From Phoronis australis (Eukaryota; Animalia; Phoronida), in the NCBI GenBank assembly GCA_002633005.1, contig NMRA01000148.1, forward strand, positions 768,072 to 832,071: a DNA stretch of 64,000 nt, written 5' to 3'. Below, one piece after another: positions 1-15,000 of the stretch. The notes beneath the pieces were generated by a model that was not told the DNA's origin, did not search any database, and worked only from the letters and a program-made list of their open reading frames with translations. The position numbers and the translations under genes were made by a program. How positions within the stretch are numbered: the stretch's first letter is position 1; each line of letters starts with the position of its first letter.

Positions 1-53
1 CAATTGTTTGCTGTTTAAGTGTCATGTAGACAAACATTTCTATTTCTGTGCAG

Positions 54-3000
54 AACTCGCTCAAATGACACTCCTTTCCAACTGGCCATCAAGAGTAAGC
101 TGCCAGATGTCGCCGCCGCTCTCTGTTCACGTAATGTAGACATGAACGTGATGGACGAGGACGGCAACTGTCCTCTGTGGCAGGCATTGGAGATGGGACA
201 GGAAGACATTGCATCGATTATGGTAAGTTCAATGAAACATTGACTTGTAATGTCTAATAATAGTAATGGGACTTTGGTGTCAGAATTTTGCAAAATCAAC
301 TTCACCAAAAAGGTTGACTCAGGCCTTCTACAGCCCTGTTGCATTGCAGCAGACTCTGCTTTAAATTCACTGCACATACCCAGTAGTCTACTGGCCTGTT
401 TGCGGAGTTTTTCAAGTGTTTCAGTGTTTTCATTGTCAATTTAGGTAATTGGTCAACACTTTATTACCCTTTATACCTACGTGGCCCGTGATCCAGGCAA
501 CTGTGATGCAATTATATTTTAAATCTAAAATTATTAAATTAGTGTGTGGACAATATGTAATTTCATAACAGCATTTTTATGGCTTTAATAGCTGCCTGGC
601 TAGTTGACAGGGCAGCTGTCCTGTGTTTTGTGAGTCAGACATATAGTAGGTTGGGAGACGTATTGACTCTATGGTGCTAAGTACGATAATATTTCATCAA
701 TTTGATATTTAAAATGAGGGTGACATCTTCAGTGATAGCACTGCTTTCCAAGAAGGCCCTCAACAACAAAAACAGTAATATAATACAATGAAGTAATAAA
801 ACAACAATTAAATATACATGAAAAAGATACAATTAAAACAGGTTGAGAATTAAGACAATAAATAAATGACAAACAATGGTGAAAGGCTTCAAGCATTGTT
901 GTGAAAGTCCACAATTTCTCAAATCATTCTCTGATAGTAGCTAGGCTATGAAACTTAGAAATTGCATAGCATTTATTTGGTTCTGGTAATCAGTAATTAG
1001 TTGCGGCTTTTTCAATTTTACATGGTAATTACATAATATCAATTTGGTTAGTGCTGGCTGAAAATCTTGACCTTTATCTATTAAGTGGTTCTGAATAGTG
1101 TGTTGTCTTCGATTGCAACAAACACATCAATTATCTGACAACCTTTCTATGTTACTTAAAGTCCAGTGGCACTACTTTCATCCATAGGTGATCAGGGCGG
1201 GTAAAGATTTATAAATGTTTGGGGCAACAAAAGGTCAGGTAGATTGTAGTCTTAAATAATGCAATAAAATAAATCAGTCGTACACTGTTTAACCCACACA
1301 AGCTGAACCTCTTTTTGTTGTTGTTAGCCTTTCAAAACAACAAGTTAATCCCGAGTTAGAGACATTTGCGGTGAGATCTTGCCAAGCGTGATTACGCGTA
1401 AGCATTACGCACTACTTCTGATTTCCCAACTGGCAACTATGAATGCTTCTTACCAGTTGGGATTGCAATAACCATTTACCACAGCGCCTGGACTTTCATG
1501 GCTGTCTTCTTTTTTTAGATGGATTAGGAAACAGGGATGGTGTCAGTGATGACTGCTGTCTGGTTGTGGCAAGATTCTTTACCATCCATTTCAGACTTTG
1601 CGGATTGTAAAAACTAAATCCATCATGATAAATTGAACTTTTTCATAGTTTGAACAGCACAAATGAGTTAACTACAATGATTGACATTGCAACTACACTT
1701 CCTTTATTGATATGTCTCGGCCTATATTGTACAATCTGCCTGAGCAACACAATGGTGTGACTTGACTTGTGTACATCTCTGCTTATGGGAGTGATTTTTG
1801 TACCTCCAAATAATGCAGTGAAATTCGAATGGGGGAGTATGTCATGGATACTTCAGCACACCTCTGATGCGTGTCTCACTTTAGAATCACAAGTTCAATG
1901 CTTTACTCCAGTCTAACTTGCTATGATGATAGGCATCTCATTCAGTCACAATCTTCTGACCTGTAGATTCTGGTTGTGTTTCATGAAAAATGTCTTAAAG
2001 ACTTAAGTCAAAAGCTTCACAATTATTACTCAATAAATATTAGCCTTGGCGAAGCACATCTTAGCCTTGAAATAGTTTTTGAGATTATCTCTGTAATTAG
2101 CAGTTATGGGTACATTCTCAGAAACTTTTATACATTTGCTCATGTGAGATTTGCTTCAGAAATAGTTCTTTGTGAGTGCAAGACCAAATTTCATGAAACG
2201 TCTTGGACTACATGTCATAAAGCAAGGAAAGTCATACAAGTGAAAGGCAAACGTTAAATGAGTAAGCTTTGGACCTTATTCGATTACATTAGCAAAATGG
2301 AGGCCGCTAAAGTACTTGGCTGATGAGGCCCCTGAAATGTTGCGTTGTGGGATAAAATTCACTGGTTTCATTCCATGCGTGAAAATTTCTCGCTGCTAGT
2401 GCATCAAGAGTGTCTCGTGTTTATGGAATGTTCCCCAGGTTCCATCAAGTGAGGGTCACAGACTTTGTTTGCTATGTTCTAGGTGCAACATAACTGTGAC
2501 ACGAACATGTGGGGTGCCGGTCCTGATGGGTGCTACCAGACACTGCTTCACCGTGCCTTGGACGAGAACAATGAACCAGTTGCATGTTTTCTTATTCGAA
2601 GGTATTGACAGAAATGTTTATCCCTCCTTTTAGACACTTGATTTTAAGTCTTGTTTATTATACGAACTGAGAATGGGTATTATTGGTTTGCAATATTTTT
2701 AAAACTAGCATTATATTGGATTGAGCTAAGTCTTGACTGAATGTTTATTGACCTGTGAAATGGCAATCCCATCTTTGCAACAGACCCTGAAACAAATTAA
2801 TTTTACAAACTGAAGAGGCACGGTTTCATTCAAAGTGTGACTATACATTCTTTTGGAGGCCCAGAAAAATACAACTTCTGCGTAAGATGATCAAATTTCA
2901 GTTGGTTTTATGTTCCCAAAATATTGTTTATGATCTTCTCTTCAGACATAGCACAACAGAGCAAAACTACTGTAACATTGTTTTAAAGCTTTCATTTAAC

Positions 3001-6000
3001 TGTTGAACGATGTTGTCTGACCAATGCAAACAAAAAACGTCACTGAAATACCTGTGTGTCTGTAAGTATAACCATGCTAGTTACGAGCTCAGGATTTCCT
3101 CAAGGACTTTCACTCTAAATTCTATTGTTTTCATGCACTTCCAGTGGCTGTGACATCAACAGTCCGCGTAGACCCGGCCCCGGTGGAGCAGGAGGGGATG
3201 AGGCCAACGATCAGCAGACTCCACTGCACATTGCTGCCACCTGGGGACAGCAGGCAGTGGTGCAGTGTCTCGTTGAGTTCAATGCCGATATCAATGCTCA
3301 GGTGAGTGTAAATTGAGAGGAGTTTTGCAGAATTTTGCTGATTAGTTGTTAGATTGCTTCAATTTAGAACACACTGTGGCCAAGAAGTAGATTATTTTGT
3401 TACATTTCTTCATAAAAATGCATCAAATTTCATTACTTCACTGCTAACAATTTGTATTATACAGCTGTTGGCCAAGCAATGTTTAGTATAGGTGTGAGCT
3501 TTTGCAACACTGTAACACTGGCCTTTAAAAAAGTGAGAAAATGGCAATTTTGAGCGATTGTGTTTAGCCCAAACTGAAGAATTTCTCACCATTAAAAGAT
3601 TGTACTTTTGTCTAATACTGTACTCTGCTTACTTCAGCTTTTCTGTTAGTTTCTTTATGAAATCATTTGTGTATCACAGCTTTTTTGCGTACCCATTTGC
3701 AAAAACTTCCTGCTTGGATAAGCATATAGTAAACATTCTAGACATTTTTATATGCCATTCATGTTTGCAAATTGTGTGACTTGAAGCTGTTATAGAGCAG
3801 AAGGATGTTGAAAGTACGTAACGTTGGTACATAAATGTCATTTGTTAAGGACCGCAGCTAAAAATACAAATTATGTGATAAAATTCAAATGAACTGCAAA
3901 GATGGGCACAAAAACTGCCAGCCATGATACGCCCATAACATCTGACCAAAGATTTCAGTTTGATTACTGAAACATTTTGTCTTAAATAATTCAATTTAGG
4001 ATGCTGACGGCAACTCTCCGTTACACGTGGCTATTCGTAACCAGTATCCAGAGGTTACCGCACTTGTGATGTCTCATCCAGGACTCAACTTGGCCATTCG
4101 TGACAAGCAAGGCTGGACGCCATTTGCAACTGCCATGATGACCAAGAACAACAAAGCTGCTCAAGCAATTTTGGACAGACAGCCCTATGCTGCTGAGCAG
4201 GTAGATATGACTGCAAGCAGACTGACTGAGATGTAGCGTGCAACTGTGATCAAGTTCAAGAGATTTTCCTTTCCCTTTGACATCTTAATTATGCTTGCTC
4301 ATTTGCGTAAAACAGTCCCAAATAGGGACTCAACTAAGTTCCCTAAATCTTTTGCTTACTTATGTCGTTCTTTATTCACAGATTTAATCTTTTTCATCTG
4401 TCATTTTATCTTTGTTTTGAGCTCCTCTTTGTCTAATAGCATTTTACAATTATTTAGCTGATCCCTTTGGGTCCAATGAAAATAATTAGGGACTTAGTAG
4501 GAAGGTTGCTTGAAAAGGTCGCTAGTTATTTTCAATAATATTGTAGCCAAACATTGACTTAGTAATGAAGCTAAAGCAGCATAAGAAATGACAGTGTTTT
4601 GACAAGTACGCAGTATATTTAAAGATTTTAGTTGAGTTCATTTGTGGGGATGTTTCATGCAACCGGCCTTAGGGTCTGTTTCAAAATTTATTTAAGACAG
4701 GTGTTTGGCCATATGCTCCTCAAAATTGTTTCTAAAAACAAATCCCACTAGAGCAAAATTGCAGTCTCCGAATATACGCATAACTTCTAGTTACTGAGAT
4801 AATGTGTATTATTTACTTCTTTAGTGTGATGCACTAATAATTACCTGGTTAACTTGCACGAATTTATCTCAAATTTTCCTTGCCCTGTAATCAACTTGTT
4901 TCTACGGTAGAAATCACCTGCGACTGATATGAAGCTGCATAGTTGTGAAAAATTTGATAAACCTTGTTACAGAATTGAATTATTTTTTAATAACTTACTT
5001 GCCTTTGATGTGAATTGGTGTGATTTGTTTTATAGATTGTAGTCATTTTCTGTATGGTATGGTTTGAGACTTTTGTGTAGCTGAATAAATGGTTTAATAT
5101 ATTATAAGGAGTGAATTAGGAGGGTTTGACTATCCCTTTAAAGTCGTATGCAACACTGTCTTTGAAAACCATTGGTTCATGTTCTGGGTAGAACCTTTTA
5201 TTTTGTTTCTTCAATACAAGTTAGTGTCTTGATTACACTGTCATTACGCGGTGGACTGAATGGAATTCATTGATTGCTTCTAAAGGTTGATTCACCCTTG
5301 CTTACTTGATTTATAGTAGTTTTGTGAAAGTTGGCGACTTTAGCGTGACATAATTAATGTGGCGTGGTACATAAAGGTTAATTCTCCTCCCTGCTAAGTT
5401 CCAGGCAGAAACTTAAATCTTAAAGAGACTTGGAACGTAAAAGCCCATCAAAAATGTCTTTTCCTGACAAAAGTATCGTCCGGTTACCTATTGTCGTCAG
5501 GCTCCAAAGGTCGTCCGCCATCTTGTTTCGCGTGCAGCGCAACCACGCGGGACTTAGCGTTCCAATTTGGAGTGCTCGTGTGCACGTTAGGTACTAACTT
5601 ATCGGAAGAGACACGTATCAAAGTAATGAGACAAAAATCGGTGAGTTTACCGATTGTTTTTTAAAACCACTTAAAAATCAGTAGATTTTACTAATACACT
5701 TTTTTGTGCGTTTTCAGAAGATGTTTTCGAATTTAAATTTTCTTCCGACGGGACACAAAACATGATCCAGGGTTTGTTTATGCAATGTATCTGTTTGTCC
5801 CAGGCACTAGTAGGATCTAGAAGGCCAAAGGAAAAATCCGCAGACAAATGCGATACGCTGGGTTCTTAACATTTTTGCCTCACGTTCACCATTAAACTGC
5901 ATTGAAATGTTGTCCAATTGGCTTTTATTGGAAACCACAGTGCAGAGCTCAACATCAAAGCTTCAAATCGAGTTTATGTCAATAAAAACAGGCTGTTGCA

Positions 6001-9000
6001 ATTTTCATTACTTCGTTGGCCTTTTTCTGCATGTTTCTCAGTTTTTACAAAAGGGGGCAGCATATGACGAACTTAGGTGTCACAATAAAATGGCTGCCGA
6101 AGGCAGTGCACATTTGAAATAACTCGGCACAAATTAAAGAAAACTTCCGAATCGATGAATGCGGTATATCTGTGAGAGTTAAATCGAATCCTATTCAGAT
6201 CATAACTTTGAAGTGGAATAATTCGGTGTGTACAACAGCAAGTCGGTTTTATGCTTAGGCGGACGAACATTGGGTTCCCCAGTATATAATCTTGCAACGT
6301 CTACTACAGAGTTATTCAGTTTACCCTGTAAAGGAATTTCCAGAAAAATCACAAAACTCACAATTTTTGAAATATGTGCAAACTTAAGGAACAACTCTGG
6401 AGTCACCACAGAGTTTCTGATCTTCCTCCCACTTGTGTTCACAGTCATGTGACAAACAGCTGACTGACAAGAAGGGTATTAACATCAGATTATCCTGAGT
6501 GATTGCACTTCAAATCTGAGGTCAACAGCACATTATGAGGCAAGCCAGTGAAGCATGCATTTTCCAAAAATAGTTCCAAGTGCACTTAAGAATATATTTC
6601 AATAGGACTATACCTTAAGTTTATAACTAATTTTAAACAGTTAGGACTTACATCAATTGCCTCTTAACCTTAGCAGCTGATGCTTGAAGTTTCCATCATA
6701 TTGTTTACATTAGAGGTCAAAGGTCACATTTTCCATATAAGGGAAATGAGCTACAGCCATGTCTTGCCATATTAAATAAGGAGACGTGCTTTGCATGGGA
6801 GAAAAATAGACAAAATGACGAGCGCGTGAAATTAGATACTGAAATAAAAATGCTTTGACATTCACTGAAGTTCAAAATGTTTACGAAGAAACTGTCCAAA
6901 TACCTGGTGACCAGGTTGAATTCTGTTTCAGTGGCAGCGAACCACTCTGAATAACGCAAATCAGTGGCGTTCCAAGCCTCTTTAAGACAAGCAATGTTTT
7001 CGTTGCACTAGTTGCTATAAACAATTTGCAATTATGATGCAAAGTGACTTGAATCACATGTTAAAATGAATATAAACCCTCATTCCATCCAAAAAGCACA
7101 CTTTTCACTAAGACTACTTGGTGCCGTTATAGAATTGGACTCATCGTATTCCTTACTCAGATGGGACATTGTTTCTCAGCACTATTCATTGAGACTTTGC
7201 TCGGTACATAAAATGACACGTTGTGTCAAGCCAACTTGTAGTGCCCTCCCAGTTCTTTTGAAATCCGGAAATGACCTCCCAATGTAACTAAAAATATTTT
7301 GGGACCAATTTCATAATGATAATTGGTCTGAATTAAAAGGTTGTTTTTGTAATGGAGCTTGGGTTTATTTCCTCTTTAAATATATCGACCTTTGTCAACT
7401 CTTTAGGTGGACAGCAGAGGGCGCAACTTCCTTCACATAGCCATTCAAAAGAAGGACATAGAGAGCGTCCTGTTCTTGATCAGTGTTCACGCCAACATCA
7501 ACTCCCCTGCTCAAGATGCACACAGGTTCACACCTCTACACCTTGCTGTACAAGCTGGAGACGAGATTATTGTCAGGAATCTAGTAAGTGTCTTTGGTTG
7601 TCACGACTACTGTGCGTTCATGTTCGACATGCTAATACTGCTCCCTTTCCCAACCAATCAGAGATGACTGCTAGAGATAGCCCTGCCTGCATACTTAAGA
7701 TAAGAGGCTCACTTGGCTCCTGCACTTAATGGCCCAATTAGAGTTCTTATCTTTGTGATTTAAGTAGCCTTGAAGAATTTGAAAATATTTGAAAACTGGA
7801 AAATCTAATGATCAGTTTTCTTGCCTTGTGTATTTGAGAGGTCTTAGTCATTGTTCGAGTGCGCCGGTTGTCCATTTCAGAGCTCTGACTCTTGTGTTTG
7901 AGGGTTTTCGATGTATATCTGAATATCCCTTACATCTTTGTTTTGAAGACTGGTGGACAGGTCTATCTGTTAGTCCTTTGTATAGTTACTTTGTTTGAAT
8001 GATGAGTGAGCGTTTACTCTAAATTTGTGTTTGAGGGCTCTGGTTCTGCCTCTGGGATGCTTTAGTTTGTATTTCGGTGCTCTGAGTCTGTTTCTGGATG
8101 TGTGTTTGAGTTCTTGGATTGCATACTCTTTTTTGAAAAGACAGGCCAAATTAAAAATGTGAAAATTGAATTTAATAGCTTTAAATTGATTGTAGACTTG
8201 TCATCCATCACAAAAACCAACTTTTGATTTAGACCACTTTCCTTTGAGAAATTGGTCTTAAATTGTTCCTTAGTGAAAGTGGAGATGATTGCAGGACTCT
8301 GGTGGAAATGACGGCTTGTTATTACTTGAGATCCGGCTCTACAAGATGGCTTATCACACACGACGTGTCATTAGATGTGTCCAGCGTGGTCTCAACAAAC
8401 AGAGTACTGCCAGTTCTTTGCTAACTCTGAAGTCACTTCTCATCTGAGTAGGGTACAAGTTGAGACCACTTTCTTAGCAATAAATGATCTAATTGAAATC
8501 AAAAAGTCACTTTTTGTACACAATACGGGTTTATAGGCACTTCAAATAATAATTTTGATAATTTTACCTACAGTATGGAGTGTTTTTGTTTGAGACTATG
8601 CATAACAGATGCATGATTCTCACCTATCCGTGAAACCTTGAAAAGTTTCTATGTATGGAAAACAAAAAATACTGATTTTTGTGTGAGAAGGAACCCGTGA
8701 GAGATGAAAATTGTTTAGAAAACTTGTTGAGAACTGTGAAAATGCTCGTGGGAGCCATGTATATTGGTAGAAGTGTCGTCATTTGTGTGCTTTTGCAGGT
8801 GTTAGCTGGTGCCAGCATTGATGAGGTGACCATGAACAAGCAAACAGCCCTGCACCTGGCTGCTGCCAATGATCAGGCCAGTATATGTAGCGTGCTCATA
8901 GACAACGGTATTAATGTAGACGCCTTGGATGACAATCTCAATAACGGTGGGTTAAACGACGTGCTGTCTAATGTTTTGCACAGGTGCTAGCCTCAACCAG

Positions 9001-12000
9001 GTTTAGTTCAGGGACAACATTGAGTGCATTTCGGGGGAAAACAAAAATGCACCTTCAGTCAAAGATAAAGAACACTGATCTCATGGAAGACACCTGAAAA
9101 TAATGCTGCCGCATGGCTCAGTTGTTCAAGCCTGAATGTTCCCTTTTTCTTTCAAGTTGCTGCTAATAAGCAGTGATTAATTTTGAATTTAAATGTGCAT
9201 AGGTAAACGTATCGGAATAGACTGTAAATGGCTATGCACCCGAGCTATTGAAACTAACTATATCGATCTAGACCAGTTGCAGCTGTGAAACTGATCTCGT
9301 CTTTTTCCTAATTCAGATGGGAAGCGCTTTGTGGGCCTGGAAATATTACGGTTCATCATTGCATGAGAGCATGCTTGGGTAATAACATGACTCGGTATGT
9401 CAATAAAACTTGTGCGGCCTGATTTGGAGTAATAACAAAGTGTCAGTTGCTGGCAAACTGAGACGTCACATCTAACGTAATTTGGTCTAATTCAACGAAT
9501 AATTCAGTAGTGGAAGAAGGCTAGGCTTTAAACATTTTGAGATCAATGTTATTTAATGTAATTTATGTCATTTAGTTTTGAGTTGGGTTGTTGAATACCT
9601 CAACAGGAAAAATGCAGTTCTAAATGCTATCTGGTCTTATTCTATGTAACAAAAATATTTGGCAGTAATGCTTCGTATCTGATTATAAATGAGTGATGCA
9701 ACTCATTTTTCCCATCCAAAATGCATAATACGTGCCTCACAGAAATGACCATCTATACTTTACTGACCATCTATACTTTACTGACCATCTATACTTTACT
9801 GACCATCTATACTTTACTTAGTGCTTGAATGTGGTGCTGCTCACAGTGTGTCATTGTAGATTGGTCTGAGTTTATAAGCACACTCAATAGGGTTCTGAAC
9901 AGATCTTGTCTGGCCGGTCCAAATAGACTCTTGTGCTTTACTTTTAAATTGGTTGGATTACCTTTTAAAGATGGTCTCTCCATTCCGGTCAATTCTGTCT
10001 GGCCGCATGGTCAGTAATATTGCAGATTTGTTTTTGTCCCTTTGGGAGACTTTTCTGGAGACCATTGTAGTTCAGCATGTTGCAATTTAGAATTCAGTGT
10101 GTTTTTCTGTCTATTTTAGCTTTACACGTGGCTGTGCAGGGAGGTAATTTGAACGCAGTGAGGACTTTGCTGACAGAATCACGTGTGAACGCCACAGCAA
10201 TTAACATGAGGTTGGTAGCGAGTTGTAGATCATCAAATGGTATTAGTTTTGTGCCCATTTTCTTGCGCTTTGGAAATTCTGGTGTTAAAACATTCTCAGT
10301 TTATACTTTTTGTGCTTAATGCTCCAATAAACCCACATTCCATCAATAACATTCTCTACAAAGATATAATTCTCTTACTATAAGGTGCCGTCGATGATAC
10401 AGTCGGTATGGCCACTTTCCAAACACTTCCCTTTAGGGCCTTCATACCAACGTTGTTGCGTCAATTGTGGGGAGAGTTGGCCAGTATGAATGGTTAATGT
10501 CGGTACTGGATCAAAGTTTACAGCACAAGTTAACTTCGTTGATGCTTCAATATCATGAACGGCTTACTTCTCATCAGTGTTATTGGCCAGGAGTTATTGG
10601 CATGTCAATAGGTGATAACTTTGTTGTGTGCTTAAAGACAAAGCCGGTCTGAAAGGTTCAACTAACTTTGCAGTCTACATTCATTCGACACTTCTGTAAT
10701 TAAATTTATATGAAAAAGCTTAGACAATTAACAATAAATACAATATGTAAGCAGTGACATTAGTGAAGGATCCAAACTGTATTACGATAATTCTTCCCTT
10801 AGTTAGCACACTCACTTCATTTCGCTATACCAGTTATTTTGAAAACCAACATTTTGCACTTAATCACTTATTTCGCACAAGGTGAGAACTTCTTGCCTCA
10901 CATAATTCACTCAAACTCAGTTTTGCCCTGCAATTAATTTTGCAACAAACACCTTTTTAACTGTGTTAACTGTGTTAAAAAGGTCAGAACATCACACTTA
11001 ATTCATTCCGCTACACGGACATTTCACATTGTTATTTACATGTGGTTAAAGGGGTAACCTGGATGAGTGTGGTGTCAAAAAATAGCCATGTGCTCAAAAT
11101 AGTGTTTCACTTATTATGAGGTAAAGTGCTCTTGTATTAGAGCCGGATAATGTAACTTAATTACTTTTAATTGGATTACGTTGGCAACCCGTTGTCTTCT
11201 TTTCACCAAATTCACTCATGGGCCATTGGTAATGCTTGGTTAATCAGAATTTCGCACAACTCGTCAACTACAAACTTTTAGTCTGTATACTTATTCAGTT
11301 TATTTGACATCAGGAAAGTACATTTAACCTGTTTTGTGCGAAATATGGGGAGAATTACTGCAACTCACATTCTGCATGTAATTACATGATATGTCGCTTT
11401 AATAGATTGAAGCCATTGAAGTGGTGACAATACAAATTAATTGGGACCATGTACTGTGGATAAATTTTACTTGTTCAGCTGTGTGATGCATTTTCAAACA
11501 TACTAAGCTTATGAAACAGTGTTATTGGTTGTAGCCTCACTCTGACTTTATACAAACATGTAATATTGCTTGCGTAAGTGCCTAGAAACAGAAGAACGGC
11601 ATTTTTTCAATTACATTTATCTCTCTGTATGTTATCAGTGAGCATGTTTTAGCAACACCCAGGTAGCTCTTTACAATCTTGGGTTAATTGCACTCTGCCA
11701 CATTGATCTCTTTTCCTAGTTTCAATTTTTTAGCTGAGACGAGGATTGGATGATCTTGAAAATGTCATGCTAAAGTGATCACATTGTGGAAATTTTAATT
11801 AAAACAGTAATCAACATGAAACCTGGTAATATACTACATTCTGTCAAAGAGGAAGTTTTGATTTAGACCGCGTGCCCTATGAAACTGGTCTCAACTTTTT
11901 CCCACTTTGATTAGAGGTGATTTCTGAACTTTGCAAGAAGACATTGGCTGTTCATTATTGCTGGTGCCGGTAACAAGAAACTGAGTTCAGTTCATTTTTT

Positions 12001-15000
12001 ATCTTAATTCTTAGTCAAAGCTTGACTGATTATTTTGTGTTCCAATAAAGAATCTTAGCTAGGACTGGATGCCTTAATTTGATGTCAGCTCTCACCTTTT
12101 TAAGTCGATCTTAAGTTTGTCAAAGTGGTCACCTGCGTCACTAACTGGGCTTAATTTGACTAGCCAGAAGCAAAATGACTGACCAAGTAGGTTAGTCTCA
12201 AGACTAAGCGCTTGTAGCACTAGTTGATATGTTGGTTATAATGGTTATGGTGCATAAAGTAACCAACCAATAATCGACTCTTGCCATCCTCTCAATTCTA
12301 GTCTCATTTGTTGAGCAATAATGAATTACCAGCTCTCTTCTCAAATTAGCCCTTATATCTCTAGTCTGAACCAGGAACAAGTTGATACCAATTTTAAAGA
12401 TGTGTTGAATGGTCTAAATCAAAACCTGTTTTTCACAAAAGGCAAAAACATTGCTGCTTTTTACACCAGTGTTTTTAATAAGATTTTTCCACGTATAACT
12501 GGTGTATGGGCAGGTCCTCTGCTCTTCGCCCTCATATAAAATGAATGGTAATAGACTGGTTTCAAGACCTAAAAGTGCTCATGTCCTTACTAAATACTAT
12601 GTATCTTGCTGATGGATAACATCACATCTTTAACAACTGTCGTACTCGTCAACTAAACAGATGTTCTTTCAACCTGCATGGCTTCGAAGCTTGACTGCAT
12701 ATCTGTTAAATATGTCACACGTGCACAGAACAATTTTTGCTCATGTCCCAACCACACAATGGCGACAGGTGAGCACCACACATATGTTTGGTTGTTTGAC
12801 TTGATGTATGTGTGCTGAATTTCATTCATCTTTACCCAGACATGCTAATGGCTGCTCAAGTTCGATTGTCTTTAAGGAAGTCTTCCAATGGACAATATGT
12901 TATTCTCCGTGGGCATTCAAGTGATGCATTTATTTGGACTCTCTGGTAGGGTGCTATTTTTGGCCTGGTTTTTAATTCCCGTAGCGCACAGTATGCGTAA
13001 ATGGTCAAATATGGTACTTGGTAACTGTTACCACTTCTTCACTCACCAAGTTCTCTGGTCATATTTTAAACTCTCGTTTTGAGTTTTTCTGGGCATGCCA
13101 CATTCTCCGATTTCCCGTTCTCTTGCTCATGTTGTCCTCTTGACGTTGTTAGCTGTCCCTCTCTGCCTGAACTGGATTGATGTCCTGTGCTCCCAGTACG
13201 TCGTAACTTCCTAACAAGCTGAAGCAGTGATCTCTTGGCTGATTTATCCCGTGCAATGTAGATTACTGGCATACAGACAGAGCTGAATGCTGCCAGCGCA
13301 GTGGCACACTGCAACCAGTTGATCAGGGCGACATCTTTTGTGATGTCTACTTGCTGCAGCTTTGAGTGTTGCACAATGATGGTGTTGAAGGCAAACGGCA
13401 GCCAACATAGGGCATATGAGTCAATGATCACAGCTATGGTAGCCTTGCTTTTGAAAGTCATTTTGTTGGTTTGTGCTGCTGCTTCTGCCATCTGTTGGTG
13501 CCGCCTGAGTTGAAGGCACACCCCCGTGTAGGTGATCACTATCAAGACAAACACCAGTGAAGAGATGATGGCTAAAACGGTCATGACTATTTCCAGATTA
13601 TATTCATATTGTTTGCTGCTGGAAATTAAGAACAGGTAAACAAGCATTTCAGCATTTGGGAACAACCAGGTTAAGCTAATCCAGATTCGCACTCGCTTCT
13701 TGGTGACTATTAACGGATAATGCATGGGCTTCCAGGAAGCGATCAACAAATCAAACGTCATCGCTCCGAGTGTCATAACTTCGATGTAAAGAGCCACCAT
13801 CGTACAACACCGTTTAAATACTTCAAAAAGGGTCATGTAGTCTTCCATTTCAAAGGGCACACCATATATACCAATCCAGCGAGCACACACTGTGGTTGGG
13901 CGACCGATCGCAAAAGTCAGCACCGAAGCAGACATGACCAGGCCAGCTACTGATAGGCTGAACAATAATCCAATCATTGCTTTCTTCTTTTTGATGTTTA
14001 TTAAGATAACTATGGCTGTTATGTTGACAAAAGTTCCCGTAACTCCAATGCCTTCTGTGGCAATGTGTAGCCCCATTATGTCCATGCATACCTGTTGGGT
14101 TTCGTTAGTGCCATTTGTTAAACGAAACATGTCTATAACTGTGCTTTTCCTCACTACAGTTGGCTTGTACCGTCTACAGCTTTACTACGGTCATGGCAGT
14201 AAGTTAAAGAAGGTGCAGTGCTGTTTATTCAAATTCTCTGTGATATTTACTCCAGACCTTAAAAAGATTGAGAATCACTTGATTTGGATCACAGTGTGAC
14301 ATTTTCCTGATGTGATGGAGGTTTCTCTTTTCACTTTTGTTAGTGACCATTATTTATCGAATTATGAGAGTACAGGTTGAGCTGTCTACTCGGCTCTACT
14401 TTCTTGCTTTCACAACCAGTGGATATTCTGCTTCCCGCATAGATGTAGGTGAATCTTCTAAAAATTTACTAAAATTAGCTGATCTTATGCTTCAATTTCA
14501 TAATCTAGTCTCAAAAGGAATTCTGATCTGAATACAATGTCAGATAACTTGAGCCCGCTAGCTTCTCGCTTTGCCTTTTTTCTTACCTTGTTTGGCCAAC
14601 TATAAGCCTGTGTCTTGCTGTCTCTCTGTTTATGTCATCCACCGTGTTGCGTCTTAAATTTCGCTAGATTACCGTAACGTGACATGTCATAATTCAACTT
14701 TCTCCGTTGGGAAATCACTGATTATGAAGTTCCTCATCTTGAAGAAAGAATTAATGTAGACATAAACTTTGGTATTTTGTTGTTGACATTTAAAGTGCAA
14801 ATTTTAGACATGCGCAAGGTATGGAATCAGCTTGTCAGCCCTAGTACTTGGCATTAATTGGTAACATTTTATTTGAGCAAATTTACTTTTAATCTATTAG
14901 TTGAGTACTTGCTTCCTGTTGTGTATAAGCAGTAGTGTTTAAGGTGTCACCAACCTTTTAATGAAGATAAATGTTCCAGGTGATCTTCAACTTAAAAGTA

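Noticed and set aside
14131-14154. GTG start proposed for the GPCR by the ORF track
   Set aside because: This is a eukaryotic gene, so the first in-frame ATG at 14130 is the more plausible start unless an upstream exon exists.
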